Part shown: positions 49,920 through 58,799 of the stretch, in pieces
Position numbering within the stretch: the stretch's first letter is position 1
Layout of the letters: the number at the start of each line of letters is the position of its first letter
Assembly (NCBI GenBank): GCA_035510735.1
Contig: DATKGN010000008.1
Span: 12,466-76,465 of the forward strand
Source: Patescibacteria group bacterium
GTDB lineage: Bacteria > Patescibacteriota > Microgenomatia > UBA10105 > UBA927
Direction of reading: 5' to 3'
Length of the DNA: 64,000 bases
Program-made: the position numbers and the translations under genes
Notes under the pieces: generated by a model
Databases searched by the model: none
Told to the model about the DNA's origin: nothing
Seen by the model: the letters and a program-made list of their open reading frames with translations, nothing else

Positions 49920-51149
49920 TCAGATTATTTGAACCAGCACCCTGCACACAAAATCAACATCTTTTTCCGTCATGTTGAGGGCGGAAGGCAGGTTGAAGCC
50001 GTCTTTTTCGACCCGTGATGCCACAGGATTGGGAAACCTCGCGGTATACATAGGAAACCTGCTCATCCGCGGAAACCCTTCCCGTGCGTGAATATTGTAC
50101 GTGCGAAGCCGGGTAATAAGATCATTTCTCGATATTTTTTTCGTTTGCAGGAGTACCGCCGGATACGCATAATTTGACCGCATGCCTTCTTTTTCTTTCA
50201 ATAACGTAAGTTCCGGCACGTCTTTCAGCCGGTCCCAATACCAGTTGAAAATTTTCCGCTTCATTGCGACCAACTCTTCGATGCGCTCAACCTGGGCAAG
50301 CGCGAGCGCCGCTGTGACATTGGACATCTGGTATTCGAACCCCAACGTGTCGCACCAAAAGTTCGCGAGCCGGTTGGTTCTTCCCATATTACTCATGAGT
50401 ACCGCCTCATCAAGCATTTTCTTATTATTCGTTAAAAACATACCACCTTCTCCCGATGCCGCAATTTTTGCGCCATGAAATGATATACATGAGACATCAC
50501 CGAAACTCCCTACTTTCTTCCCCTTATAGAGCGATCCTATTGAGGGAGCCGCATCTTCAATGAGTTTCAACTTATATTTTTTTACAATCTTCATAATCGC
50601 ATCCATATCGCAGGGCATGCCAAACGTATGGACAATCATAATGCCTTTCGTCTTTTTGGTAATGGCGTTTTCGATCGCTTTGGGATCAATACACCACGTA
50701 TCAGGGTCTATATCGACAAATACCGGAGTCGCGCCTGTGTAGGCGATCACATGAGCCGTCGCTGCCCAGCTAAAGTCAGTCACGATCACTTCATCACCTT
50801 TAGTAAATCCGCAGACCAGGCACGCCAGATGCATGCAGTGCGTCGCACAAAATCCTGCAAGCGCGTAGGTTGTTCCGATGTAAGAAGCTGTTGCCGCTTC
50901 GAGTTTTTTAATGTGTTTATCAAACGTTTCATAAAACCCCTGTTTAACACCCTCTATGACATAGCGTACTTCTTTGTCTGTAATCGACGGGCCGGCAAAA
51001 CTAATCTTTTTTTTACTCGGACTTAATAATCGTTTTCCAAAACGAGTATTATAGTCCGAGTTACCCCTCGTAGCTTTTAGCGAAGTGGGGTTACGATTCG
51101 GTCGAGATGCCTCCATAGCCTTGCGCGAAGGAGGGTTACGCTTTTTCAT
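49920..51149 (-). CDS. DegT/DnrJ/EryC1/StrS family sugar aminotransferase (PLP-dependent), with basic N-terminal extension
   Basis: ISFAGPSITDKEVRYVIEGVKQG start block, ...SFHGAKIAASGEGGM... Lys-PLP region. Confidence 0.75.
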   Translation of the reverse strand: MKKRNPPSRKAMEASRPNRNPTSLKATRGNSDYNTRFGKRLLSPSKKKISFAGPSITDKEVRYVIEGVKQGFYETFDKHIKKLEAATASYIGTTYALAGFCATHCMHLACLVCGFTKGDEVIVTDFSWAATAHVIAYTGATPVFVDIDPDTWCIDPKAIENAITKKTKGIMIVHTFGMPCDMDAIMKIVKKYKLKLIEDAAPSIGSLYKGKKVGSFGDVSCISFHGAKIAASGEGGMFLTNNKKMLDEAVLMSNMGRTNRLANFWCDTLGFEYQMSNVTAALALAQVERIEELVAMKRKIFNWYWDRLKDVPELTLLKEKEGMRSNYAYPAVLLQTKKISRNDLITRLRTYNIHAREGFPRMSRFPMYTARFPNPVASRVEKDGFNLPSALNMTEKDVDFVCRVLVQII

Positions 51150-51810
51150 ATATTCCTTTCCATTTCATAAATACATCATACCGTTGTATTGACCTTTTAT
51201 ACCCCATCGGCGCCGTAATCCATTCTCCCCCATCTCGTGTTGTTCGATGGATAAGTCGTATGCGCTTTGTCTCAACAAATCCTAATTTATTATATAAACG
51301 CAATGCCCGCTCATTATCCGATGTCGTCTGGAGCGTGTATCCGTTGAGCCCAAACGTACTCATTCCCCACTGCATCATCTGCCGGATTGCCGCCGTCACA
51401 AGCCCCGGATACCCCTTGCGCCCACGGACAATATTGTCAATCTCACATGTTTTCTTTTCAAAATCAAACCGGTATAACCCAACATGACCTATATATGTAT
51501 CATGAACACGTATCATAAACAAGAGCCGGTCCTGTGTATTTATAACGTTATTTTTTAACCACCCCTTTGTCCGTTTGCGGGTCACCGGAAATTGCGTTGG
51601 AAACCACGTTTCATGTTTTTTCCTCCAGCGCGAAAGAAGGGCAACGATGTGATCATCAGTGATTGAATCGCGGGTAAGGAGTATAAGATCATAGTTCGTC
51701 CGGCGGATTATTCCCCGAATCGATACGGAGCCAAACGATTTGTTTTTCAATCGTGCGATGATTGCGCGTATCTTTTGTCCTGGTGGCGAAGAATATAAAG
51801 CGTCCTTCAT
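51136..51810 (-). CDS. GNAT family N-acetyltransferase
   Basis: IGHVGLY ... RGRKGYPGLVTAAIRQMMQW ... YNKLGFVE acetyl-CoA binding pattern. Confidence 0.6.
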   Translation of the reverse strand: MKDALYSSPPGQKIRAIIARLKNKSFGSVSIRGIIRRTNYDLILLTRDSITDDHIVALLSRWRKKHETWFPTQFPVTRKRTKGWLKNNVINTQDRLLFMIRVHDTYIGHVGLYRFDFEKKTCEIDNIVRGRKGYPGLVTAAIRQMMQWGMSTFGLNGYTLQTTSDNERALRLYNKLGFVETKRIRLIHRTTRDGGEWITAPMGYKRSIQRYDVFMKWKGIYEKA

Positions 51811-53594
51811 TCTTTCATCGCGGTCATTTTTTCAAATTCTTTGCGATCCAAAAACGGAAAAAGGTCTTCGTACGGTTTTGAAACAAGTCTGCCGTCGGGC
51901 ATTTTATCCGATGCAACACGCGGAATGATGAGTTGCCATTCAGGGGAAAGGACATCACAGACGACCGGCCCCTTGTACGAAAGGACTTCTTTGATTTTAC
52001 GATCCAATTCGCCCACATTCTTAATGCGCACTGCTTTTATCCCATATGCTTTGGCAATCTTCATGCTGTCAGGACACCAAAGCCCGCTTTTGGGACTCTC
52101 CCCCAATAATCGTCCTTCCATATGCACGCGCTGTGTATGGCGGATCAACAAATACCCGTTATTGTTGATAACGAATAATTTTATCGGTAATTTGTTATGT
52201 TTCATCGTTGCAAGCTCCTGCAAATTCATCTGCAGACAGCCGTCACCCGTCACGATAATCGTGTTCCCTTTCGGACGGGCCATGCATGCGCCGATGCCTG
52301 CCGGCCAATATCCCATCGTCGATATCCCACCGGTTGTCAAAAACCGCTGTCCTTTTTTAATTTTCCACGCCTGACATACAACATGAAACGGCGAACTCGT
52401 ATCCACGACGACCGTATCTTTTGATGACGCAAAGCGGGATAACCGATCACTTAAGTAATACGAATTCACCGTTTTTTCTTTTTTATATTCGGGGAGGGAC
52501 ATCGGATAACGTTTATTCCACAGATTACACCGGGCAATCCACGAGGCGTAGGAATGCAATTTTGTATGTGGTAACGACGCAAGGAGAAGTTCGAAAAATT
52601 GTTTTGCATCACCGTAAATTTTAACTGTAGGCTCAAGACCGGGTTTTTCAAGTTCTTTCGTATCGATATCAACGACGACTTTCATCGCCCGTCTGCCCCA
52701 ATCTTTCGCATCATAACCGACAATTCCCGGATCAAGCCGTGCGCCAACCGCGATAATGAGATCAGCAAGCTGTACGGCAAAATTCGCGGGCCGGTCACCA
52801 TACAGTCCGGGACGTCCCACAAATTGTCTGTTGTCTGATTCGATAAGATCAATACCTAACCGCGTCGTGATGACGGGCATATGCGTTTTACGTAAAAATG
52901 TTTGAGCAAGCTCTCTTGCGCCCGCAATATGCACGCCGTGTCCCAAAAGAAGAAGCGGACGTTTAGCATTGGTGAGAAGCGTCATTACACGCGCAACATC
53001 TTCTTTTTGTATAACCGGTAATACACGTTCGAATTCCGACGGATCAAAATGAAACGACATTTTTTCGGGCACCGTCATCCGTTGCGTATCAAGCGGCACT
53101 TCTATCCATACCGGCCCCGGCCGTCCATGGGTCGCCAGATAATAGGCTTTTTCCATGTGATACTGAATTTTTGCCGGGTCATCTATTGAAATAAAATATT
53201 TCGTCACCGTTTGTACAATGGGTTTGAGGTAAATACCCTGAAGTCCATATTGACGGATACCGGTTTTTTCCATGTAGGAGACGTTACCGGTTCCTGATTG
53301 CCCGGAAATCACCATCATGGGGGCAGAATCAACATATGCGCCGACAACCCCTGTTAACGCATTGATACCTGCCGGTCCGGCTGTCACCATGGCAACGCCG
53401 ATTGATTTCCCGATACGACCATACGCTTCAGCCGCCATGGCAGCTGCCTGTTCGTGATGATGAAAGATTGGGTGAATGCGTTTGTTTTTATATACCGCGT
53501 CGTTGAGGAACATCGCCTGACCGCCGGTTATCATAAATACCGTATCAACACCTTTTTGAGCGATAAAATCAACGATGTATTCTGCAATATTCAT
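51807..53594 (-). CDS. thiamine-pyrophosphate-dependent enzyme, acetolactate-synthase/YerE/Xsc family
   Basis: N-terminal TPP-enzyme pyrimidine-binding domain (ITGGQAMFLNDAV...HEQAAAMAAEAYGR), central domain, C-terminal TPP-binding GDGxx...NN motif region (VTGDGCLQMNLQELATM...VINNNGY). Confidence 0.75.
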   Translation of the reverse strand: MNIAEYIVDFIAQKGVDTVFMITGGQAMFLNDAVYKNKRIHPIFHHHEQAAAMAAEAYGRIGKSIGVAMVTAGPAGINALTGVVGAYVDSAPMMVISGQSGTGNVSYMEKTGIRQYGLQGIYLKPIVQTVTKYFISIDDPAKIQYHMEKAYYLATHGRPGPVWIEVPLDTQRMTVPEKMSFHFDPSEFERVLPVIQKEDVARVMTLLTNAKRPLLLLGHGVHIAGARELAQTFLRKTHMPVITTRLGIDLIESDNRQFVGRPGLYGDRPANFAVQLADLIIAVGARLDPGIVGYDAKDWGRRAMKVVVDIDTKELEKPGLEPTVKIYGDAKQFFELLLASLPHTKLHSYASWIARCNLWNKRYPMSLPEYKKEKTVNSYYLSDRLSRFASSKDTVVVDTSSPFHVVCQAWKIKKGQRFLTTGGISTMGYWPAGIGACMARPKGNTIIVTGDGCLQMNLQELATMKHNKLPIKLFVINNNGYLLIRHTQRVHMEGRLLGESPKSGLWCPDSMKIAKAYGIKAVRIKNVGELDRKIKEVLSYKGPVVCDVLSPEWQLIIPRVASDKMPDGRLVSKPYEDLFPFLDRKEFEKMTAMKE

Positions 53595-53611
53595 GTATGA
53601 ATTACACACCT

Positions 53612-53703
53612 TGTCATTGCGAGTCGAGTCTCACGAGACGCGGCAATCTCAATATAAATTATAGTGAGATCGCTTCGCCATAAGAACGGTCTCGCGATGA
53701 CAG
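53612..53703. repeat. palindromic MITE/REP-like element (copy 2 of 3)
   Basis: TGTCATTGCGAG...GGCAATC...GCTTCG...CTCGCGATGACAG. Confidence 0.65.
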
Positions 53704-53715
53704 TGCATATACCAT

Positions 53716-54762
53716 TTATGTTAACGATTCTAATTGAAAGTCTTCCGGTTTGCCTTCTTTTTTCTGTTTTAAATACAACGCAACTTCAACAATGATATCT
53801 TCCTGACCCGCTACCACTTTTCTTCCCCCCAGCTCTACGAGTATATCACGAACGTCAACTCCGAAGCGCTCTGCTGCGCGTTTCGCGAGCGGTGCAAAAC
53901 CGGAAAATACACCCGAAAGACCGCTTGTGAGTGTCACGGAATTAATTTCCGGAGTCGTATTATTGGTTTTTTCGCGGATTAGCTCAGCATTATCCATAAG
54001 CTGATAAAGATCCAATCCCGTCTGCCTACCGGTTTTTTGAAGAACTGCCACGATAACTTCAAGCGGACAGTTGCCTGCACCCGCGCCCAAACCACGGCTC
54101 GTACCATCGATGATAGTCGCCCCCGCTTCAACAGCACGAAGAGCGTTGCCGATCGCAAGCCCGAGATTATTGTGTGAATGGAAACCGACGGCAACAGACA
54201 GACCGCCCACGAGTGCACTGACTTTTTCCGTCACCTCCGACGGCACGTAAGCGCCGGCCGAATCCATAAGGATGATGCCTTGTGCTCCGTATCCTTCCAT
54301 CAGCTTCGCCTGTTCTAATAGCTCGTTCGCACCTATCATGTGAGACATCATGAGAACCCCATACGTCGCGAGGTCATGCGAGATCCCGTAGCCAATATGC
54401 TGCCTTGTAACATTTGCCTCAGTACAGTGACACGCGACAATGAGGGCTTCTATTCCCGCGTCAATTGCCGGAGCAATATCATTTTTGATCGTTCCGAACC
54501 CCGGAATCAAAAAACCTGCAAGCTTCGTATGCTTTAATTCTTTTTTGGCAATTGTAAGCATCTGGACATCAGAAAGCCGCGATTCACCTAAATGCAGCGA
54601 TGAAGCGCCCAACCCGTTACCATGCCCGACGACCAGAAGTTTCATTCCGGCGGCTTCTGCCCCTCTTGCGTATGCGTGAACCGTCTCTTCATTAAATTGA
54701 TGATGCATCGCATGGGATCCGTCACGAAGAGTTGAATCAATAATGGTTATTTGCGTATTCAT
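53716..54762 (-). CDS. 4-hydroxy-2-oxovalerate aldolase-like (DmpG/MhpE/BphI family)
   Basis: IIDSTLRDGSHAMHH, HGNGLG, CTEANVTRQHI, LMMSHMI, GFHSHNNLGLAIGNALRAVEAGA, GLGAGAGNCPLEV — near-colinear with DmpG. Confidence 0.8.
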   Translation of the reverse strand: MNTQITIIDSTLRDGSHAMHHQFNEETVHAYARGAEAAGMKLLVVGHGNGLGASSLHLGESRLSDVQMLTIAKKELKHTKLAGFLIPGFGTIKNDIAPAIDAGIEALIVACHCTEANVTRQHIGYGISHDLATYGVLMMSHMIGANELLEQAKLMEGYGAQGIILMDSAGAYVPSEVTEKVSALVGGLSVAVGFHSHNNLGLAIGNALRAVEAGATIIDGTSRGLGAGAGNCPLEVIVAVLQKTGRQTGLDLYQLMDNAELIREKTNNTTPEINSVTLTSGLSGVFSGFAPLAKRAAERFGVDVRDILVELGGRKVVAGQEDIIVEVALYLKQKKEGKPEDFQLESLT

Positions 54763-54774
54763 AGCTGGTATTCA

Positions 54775-54866
54775 TGTCATTGCGAGACCGTTCTTACGGC
54801 GTGGCAATCCATCTTATTATAGAGATTGCTTCGTCTTCGCCAATTGGCGTATCCTCGCAATGACAA
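54775..54866. repeat. palindromic MITE/REP-like element (copy 3 of 3)
   Basis: TGTCATTGCGAGACCGTTCTTACGGCG ... CTCGCAATGACAA; 5' arm is the reverse complement of the 3' arm of copy 2. Confidence 0.65.
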
Positions 54867-54875
54867 CTGATACGC

Positions 54876-55763
54876 TCACTCTTTCCTCTTTACTCTCTGC
54901 TTTGCATATTCTTCCGCAACCGCGATAGCCGCACAGTTTATAATATCCAAATTCCCGGCATATACCGGCAAAAAATCGCCGAGTCCCACGACTTCCGTCA
55001 TTATCATAACGCAGTCAGAGGTGTTCACCGGTTCGACGATAACGCGAAAGCCCGGAACGTATTTTTGAAGCCTTTTAGCTGTATCACGGATTTCTTTCAC
55101 AATAGCATCCATTTTAGGCTTGCCAATCTTTGCGTATATTGTATTATGCATAAGAATTGGAGGGTCAGCAGGATTGAGAATGATGATCGTTTTGGCTCTC
55201 GGAACTCCGGCAATAGCCATAATTGCTTCGCTTGTTGTTTGTGTATACTCATCAATATTATCACGGGTCCCGATGCCTGCCGATTTGGACGAAATACTCG
55301 AGACGACCTCAATATAGGGAGTTTCGGGGTGTACGGACATGATGGCCGCAATAAGCGGAATATTCGCCTGGCCCCCGCACGAGATCATATTGACGTTGTG
55401 AGACCTGATGCTCTTTTTTAAATTAATAAGCGGCACGCACAATACTCCGATTTTTGAAGGCGTCATGTCGATGGTAAATTTATTTAGTCTCCGAAGGATC
55501 GGCGCATGAATCCGATGACTTACTGCATTTGTCGCGTCAAAGACTATATCACAAATATGAGGATTACTGACAATTGCATTGATGGAATCTGATGAGGTGG
55601 CCACCCCCATCCGCTTGGCATTCGCTATCCCGGGCGATGCAGCATTTTGTCCAGTAAAAAGTGTGCACATAAGATAAGGAGAGCGTTCTACTTTCATTAG
55701 TAAATCGCTTCCGATATTTCCCGTCCCGATAATCGCAACATGAAGTTTTTTTTGCTTTTTCAT
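54876..55763 (-). CDS. acetaldehyde dehydrogenase (acetylating), DmpF/MhpF family
   Basis: VAIIGTGNIGSDLLMKV, VNMISCGGQANIPLIAAI, SSISSKSAGIGTRDNIDEYTQTTSEAI, IILNPADPPILM — colinear with DmpF. Confidence 0.8.
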   Translation of the reverse strand: MKKQKKLHVAIIGTGNIGSDLLMKVERSPYLMCTLFTGQNAASPGIANAKRMGVATSSDSINAIVSNPHICDIVFDATNAVSHRIHAPILRRLNKFTIDMTPSKIGVLCVPLINLKKSIRSHNVNMISCGGQANIPLIAAIMSVHPETPYIEVVSSISSKSAGIGTRDNIDEYTQTTSEAIMAIAGVPRAKTIIILNPADPPILMHNTIYAKIGKPKMDAIVKEIRDTAKRLQKYVPGFRVIVEPVNTSDCVMIMTEVVGLGDFLPVYAGNLDIINCAAIAVAEEYAKQRVKRKE

Positions 55764-55794
55764 ACGGCGTATGGAGTTGTATTATATGGTCCTT

Positions 55795-56760
55795 TTACCT
55801 TATTTTCTTTATGTTCACGGTTGTTCTCACAATATAGCGCGGCCGCCGTTTAACTTCCAAAAATATTTTCGCCAAATATTCAGCAATAACACTCAACGAT
55901 AATAGCTGCACACCCCCTAAAAATAAAATGAGTATAACAACGGTGGGTATCCCCCTGGGGGAATTATGAAACAGGATAATAGTAACAAGATCAAAAACCA
56001 TAAGAAGAAAAGTAAAAATCATAACAAAAAATGCGATAGTTGATATCCACTCCAGTGGTTTGAACGAAAAATTAACAAGTATTGTTTTTGCCCACCAGAA
56101 TCCCGAAAGGACGCTTTCATTTGTTTGACCGTGAGAACGCGCGTCGCGCACATACGGAACACCGATTTGTTTGAACCCTACGTATGCACGAAGACATCTG
56201 AGATAATAATCATATTCATCAATCGCCAATAATTCATCTACGACCCGCCGATCAAGAAGCGAAAAATCACCGGCATCAAGTGGAATACTAATATATGCCA
56301 ATTTGTTGAGGACATAATAAAACCCTTTATACAGCATGTTCCATATGATTCCGTAGCCTTTACGGGAAGTCCGTACGCCATACACCACCGAATACCCCTG
56401 TTTCCACCGCTCAACAAATTTTGATAAGAGTTCCGGGGGATCCTGAATATCTCCATGAAGAAGAAACGCCATATCACCCGTTGAATATTCCAGTCCCGCA
56501 AGGAAGCTTGGCTGCGGCGAGCCAAAATTGCGGCTCATAACAATGAGCTTGACGCGTCGATCCTTCTTTGTGAGACGAAGGTAAATTTTTTCTGATCTGT
56601 CCGTTGACGCATTGTCTACATAGATCAATTCAAAGTCGTAGCGTGGAATTTTTTTAAAAACGGCAACAATCCTGCGATACATCTCTTCAATATTTTCTTC
56701 CTCGTTATAACACGTAACGATGATGGATATACGTTTCTTTTTCATGATCCTTAATGTCAT
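55795..56760 (-). CDS. family 2 glycosyltransferase (polyprenol-phosphate glycosyltransferase, ArnC/GtrB-like) with C-terminal TM helices
   Basis: ISIIVTCYNEEENI ... YVDNASTD ... two C-terminal TM helices. Confidence 0.7.
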   Translation of the reverse strand: MTLRIMKKKRISIIVTCYNEEENIEEMYRRIVAVFKKIPRYDFELIYVDNASTDRSEKIYLRLTKKDRRVKLIVMSRNFGSPQPSFLAGLEYSTGDMAFLLHGDIQDPPELLSKFVERWKQGYSVVYGVRTSRKGYGIIWNMLYKGFYYVLNKLAYISIPLDAGDFSLLDRRVVDELLAIDEYDYYLRCLRAYVGFKQIGVPYVRDARSHGQTNESVLSGFWWAKTILVNFSFKPLEWISTIAFFVMIFTFLLMVFDLVTIILFHNSPRGIPTVVILILFLGGVQLLSLSVIAEYLAKIFLEVKRRPRYIVRTTVNIKKIR

Positions 56761-56781
56761 CCTCGGGCTTGACCCGAGGAT
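56759..56781. promoter_or_regulatory. perfect 10-bp-stem hairpin between rfbG-like gene and GT2
   Basis: ATCCTCGGGC ttga GCCCGAGGAT. Confidence 0.4.
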
Positions 56782-57771
56782 CTATTCTTTATGTTTTATG
56801 GATTCCCGATTAGGTCGGAATGACAAAAACATACTGCTTTTTTTATACCATTTATATGTCTCCTTTAATCCTTTTTCGAGTGAATACGCTGGTTTCCATC
56901 CAAGCCCAGCGATTTTACTCCAGTTCAAATGCTGATATGGTATCTCATTTTTCTGATTATTATCAATCTGGTGCGGAACGGATATACGAAGTATCTTCTG
57001 CGCCCTCTTTATAAGATCAAGGACAGAAATATTTGTATCACTCGCAACATTAAACACCTCTCCCTTAATCTCATCTACATGATCTTCTAAAAATACATAT
57101 GCCGAAACGACATCGCCGACATATACATAATCCCTCATAAATGTGCCGTCGCTTCTCAGATGAAGTGTTTCGTGAGTTAGCGCGGCATTCATAATCCCGG
57201 GTATAATTCGCGACATATTAAGATCCCCGCCACCATAAATATTACCAAACCGAACGGTAACGACGGGCGCTCCATACGTTTTCACATAGGCTTTCGTCAC
57301 CATGTCTCCGGCGGCTTTACTTGCTTCATAGGGATGATCCCCCAGTAAGGGACTATCTTCCGTATACGTTTCGCTGCTTTTCCCGTATGCTTTATCGGAT
57401 GAAGTAATGATAATCCTGCGTACGGTGCCGCTATTCAACGCTGCATCGAGTATATGCGTTGTCCCTAAGACATTAGTCGTAATTGTCTCCACAGGATTGT
57501 AGTAAGCCGTATCAACAATCGGTTGAGCAGCGAGGTGAAAGATATCTTCTATTTCGTATTTGGTAACAATATCGGCTATTCTTCTTCGATCTGTAACGTC
57601 TCCATTCGCGAGAATTACTTTTTTTTCTAGTCCCCGGGTAACAAAATACGACTGCGGGTCAAGACTCCTGTACGGCACAACGACACGCGCTCCCCTTTTG
57701 ACGAGTTCTTCAACTAAATGACTTCCGACAAACCCCGTCCCGCCGGTGACTAAAATTCTACGTCCGTTCAT
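56782..57771 (-). CDS. rfbG: CDP-glucose 4,6-dehydratase (RfbG/DdhB-like extended SDR)
   Basis: ILVTGGTGFVGSHL, FHLAAQPIV (AAQP), TSSDKAYG, HPYEASKAAGDM, FGNIYGGGD — matches CDP-glucose 4,6-dehydratase rather than dTDP-type. Confidence 0.7.
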   Translation of the reverse strand: MNGRRILVTGGTGFVGSHLVEELVKRGARVVVPYRSLDPQSYFVTRGLEKKVILANGDVTDRRRIADIVTKYEIEDIFHLAAQPIVDTAYYNPVETITTNVLGTTHILDAALNSGTVRRIIITSSDKAYGKSSETYTEDSPLLGDHPYEASKAAGDMVTKAYVKTYGAPVVTVRFGNIYGGGDLNMSRIIPGIMNAALTHETLHLRSDGTFMRDYVYVGDVVSAYVFLEDHVDEIKGEVFNVASDTNISVLDLIKRAQKILRISVPHQIDNNQKNEIPYQHLNWSKIAGLGWKPAYSLEKGLKETYKWYKKSSMFLSFRPNRESIKHKE

Positions 57772-57975
57772 AATAGAGTCTCCCGATTGGTATATAAACA
57801 TGCACAACCCTTCTGTTTTCGTGTGGGATAAAAGAGTTTCCGATTATTAAATGAGCACGTGCAAACCCGAGCCAATTGCCTCGAATTATCAACCAAAGGG
57901 ATACATTTGAGGAGAAAATATACCACAAAGAAAACTCCGGCAAGTGCGAATTAAATAATCGGGAAACTCCCCGTG

Positions 57976-58758
57976 TTAGTCCTTCCATACTTTCCACTGT
58001 GGGCCGGTTTTCCAAAAGGTGTTGAGATTCGTAACGTCTGCATATGTATCCATCGCATGCCAAAATCCATTATGGACGTAAAGCGATAACTCATGATTTT
58101 TCACTAAGCGGTGTAATGCGGCATGATCAAATTCTCCGGGTCGAATGTAGTCAAAAAATTTCTTTTTGAAAATCATATACCCGCCGTTCACCCATTCCCG
58201 GAGGGACGGCTTCTCCACAAACTGTGTAACTCCGTTCTTTTCGTCAATGCGGACCTGTCCGAACCGGGACCGCGGGTGAACTCCGGTGATAGTTCCAACT
58301 AAGTTATGTTTACGGTGAAAAGCCACAAGTTTTTTAATATCAACATCTCCCAAACCATCACCATACGTCACCATAAAATCCTCATCTTCTTTCGGAATAT
58401 AATCGCGGACGCGGAGTATCCGTTCTCCCGTTAATGTTTCCTGACCCGTATCAACGAATGTAATGGTAAAATCATCTATCCCCTCTCCAGCTGACGCGCG
58501 GTGTATATGTGTCCTGCCGCTTTTCGTGTGAAGCGTAAAGTCGTGGAGGAAATATTTTTGATTCAGAAAATAATCCTTGATGTAATCTCCTTTATACCCA
58601 AGCGCGATAATAAATTCGTTAAAACCGAAGTGACTGTATATTTTCATGATATGCCAGAGAATCGGTTTATTGCCGATGAGGACCATGGGCTTTGGTTTAA
58701 ATTCCGTTTCTTCTTTTAACCGGTATCCGATTCCACCGCAGAGTATCACTGTTTTCAT
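57976..58758 (-). CDS. rfbF: glucose-1-phosphate cytidylyltransferase (RfbF/DdhA)
   Basis: MKTVILCGGIGYRLKEETEFKPKPMVLIGNKPILWHIMKIYSHFGFNEFIIALGYKG nearly colinear with RfbF N-terminus. Confidence 0.85.
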   Translation of the reverse strand: MKTVILCGGIGYRLKEETEFKPKPMVLIGNKPILWHIMKIYSHFGFNEFIIALGYKGDYIKDYFLNQKYFLHDFTLHTKSGRTHIHRASAGEGIDDFTITFVDTGQETLTGERILRVRDYIPKEDEDFMVTYGDGLGDVDIKKLVAFHRKHNLVGTITGVHPRSRFGQVRIDEKNGVTQFVEKPSLREWVNGGYMIFKKKFFDYIRPGEFDHAALHRLVKNHELSLYVHNGFWHAMDTYADVTNLNTFWKTGPQWKVWKD

Positions 58759-58799
58759 GGTGAGGTCATTATAAAGAACTAAACACCAAAAGCAAGAGC

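Noticed and set aside
53595-53609. GTG start of the TPP enzyme at 53609
   Set aside because: An ATG (MNIAEYIV) five codons downstream gives an N-terminus typical of TPP enzymes and leaves the repeat element fully intergenic.
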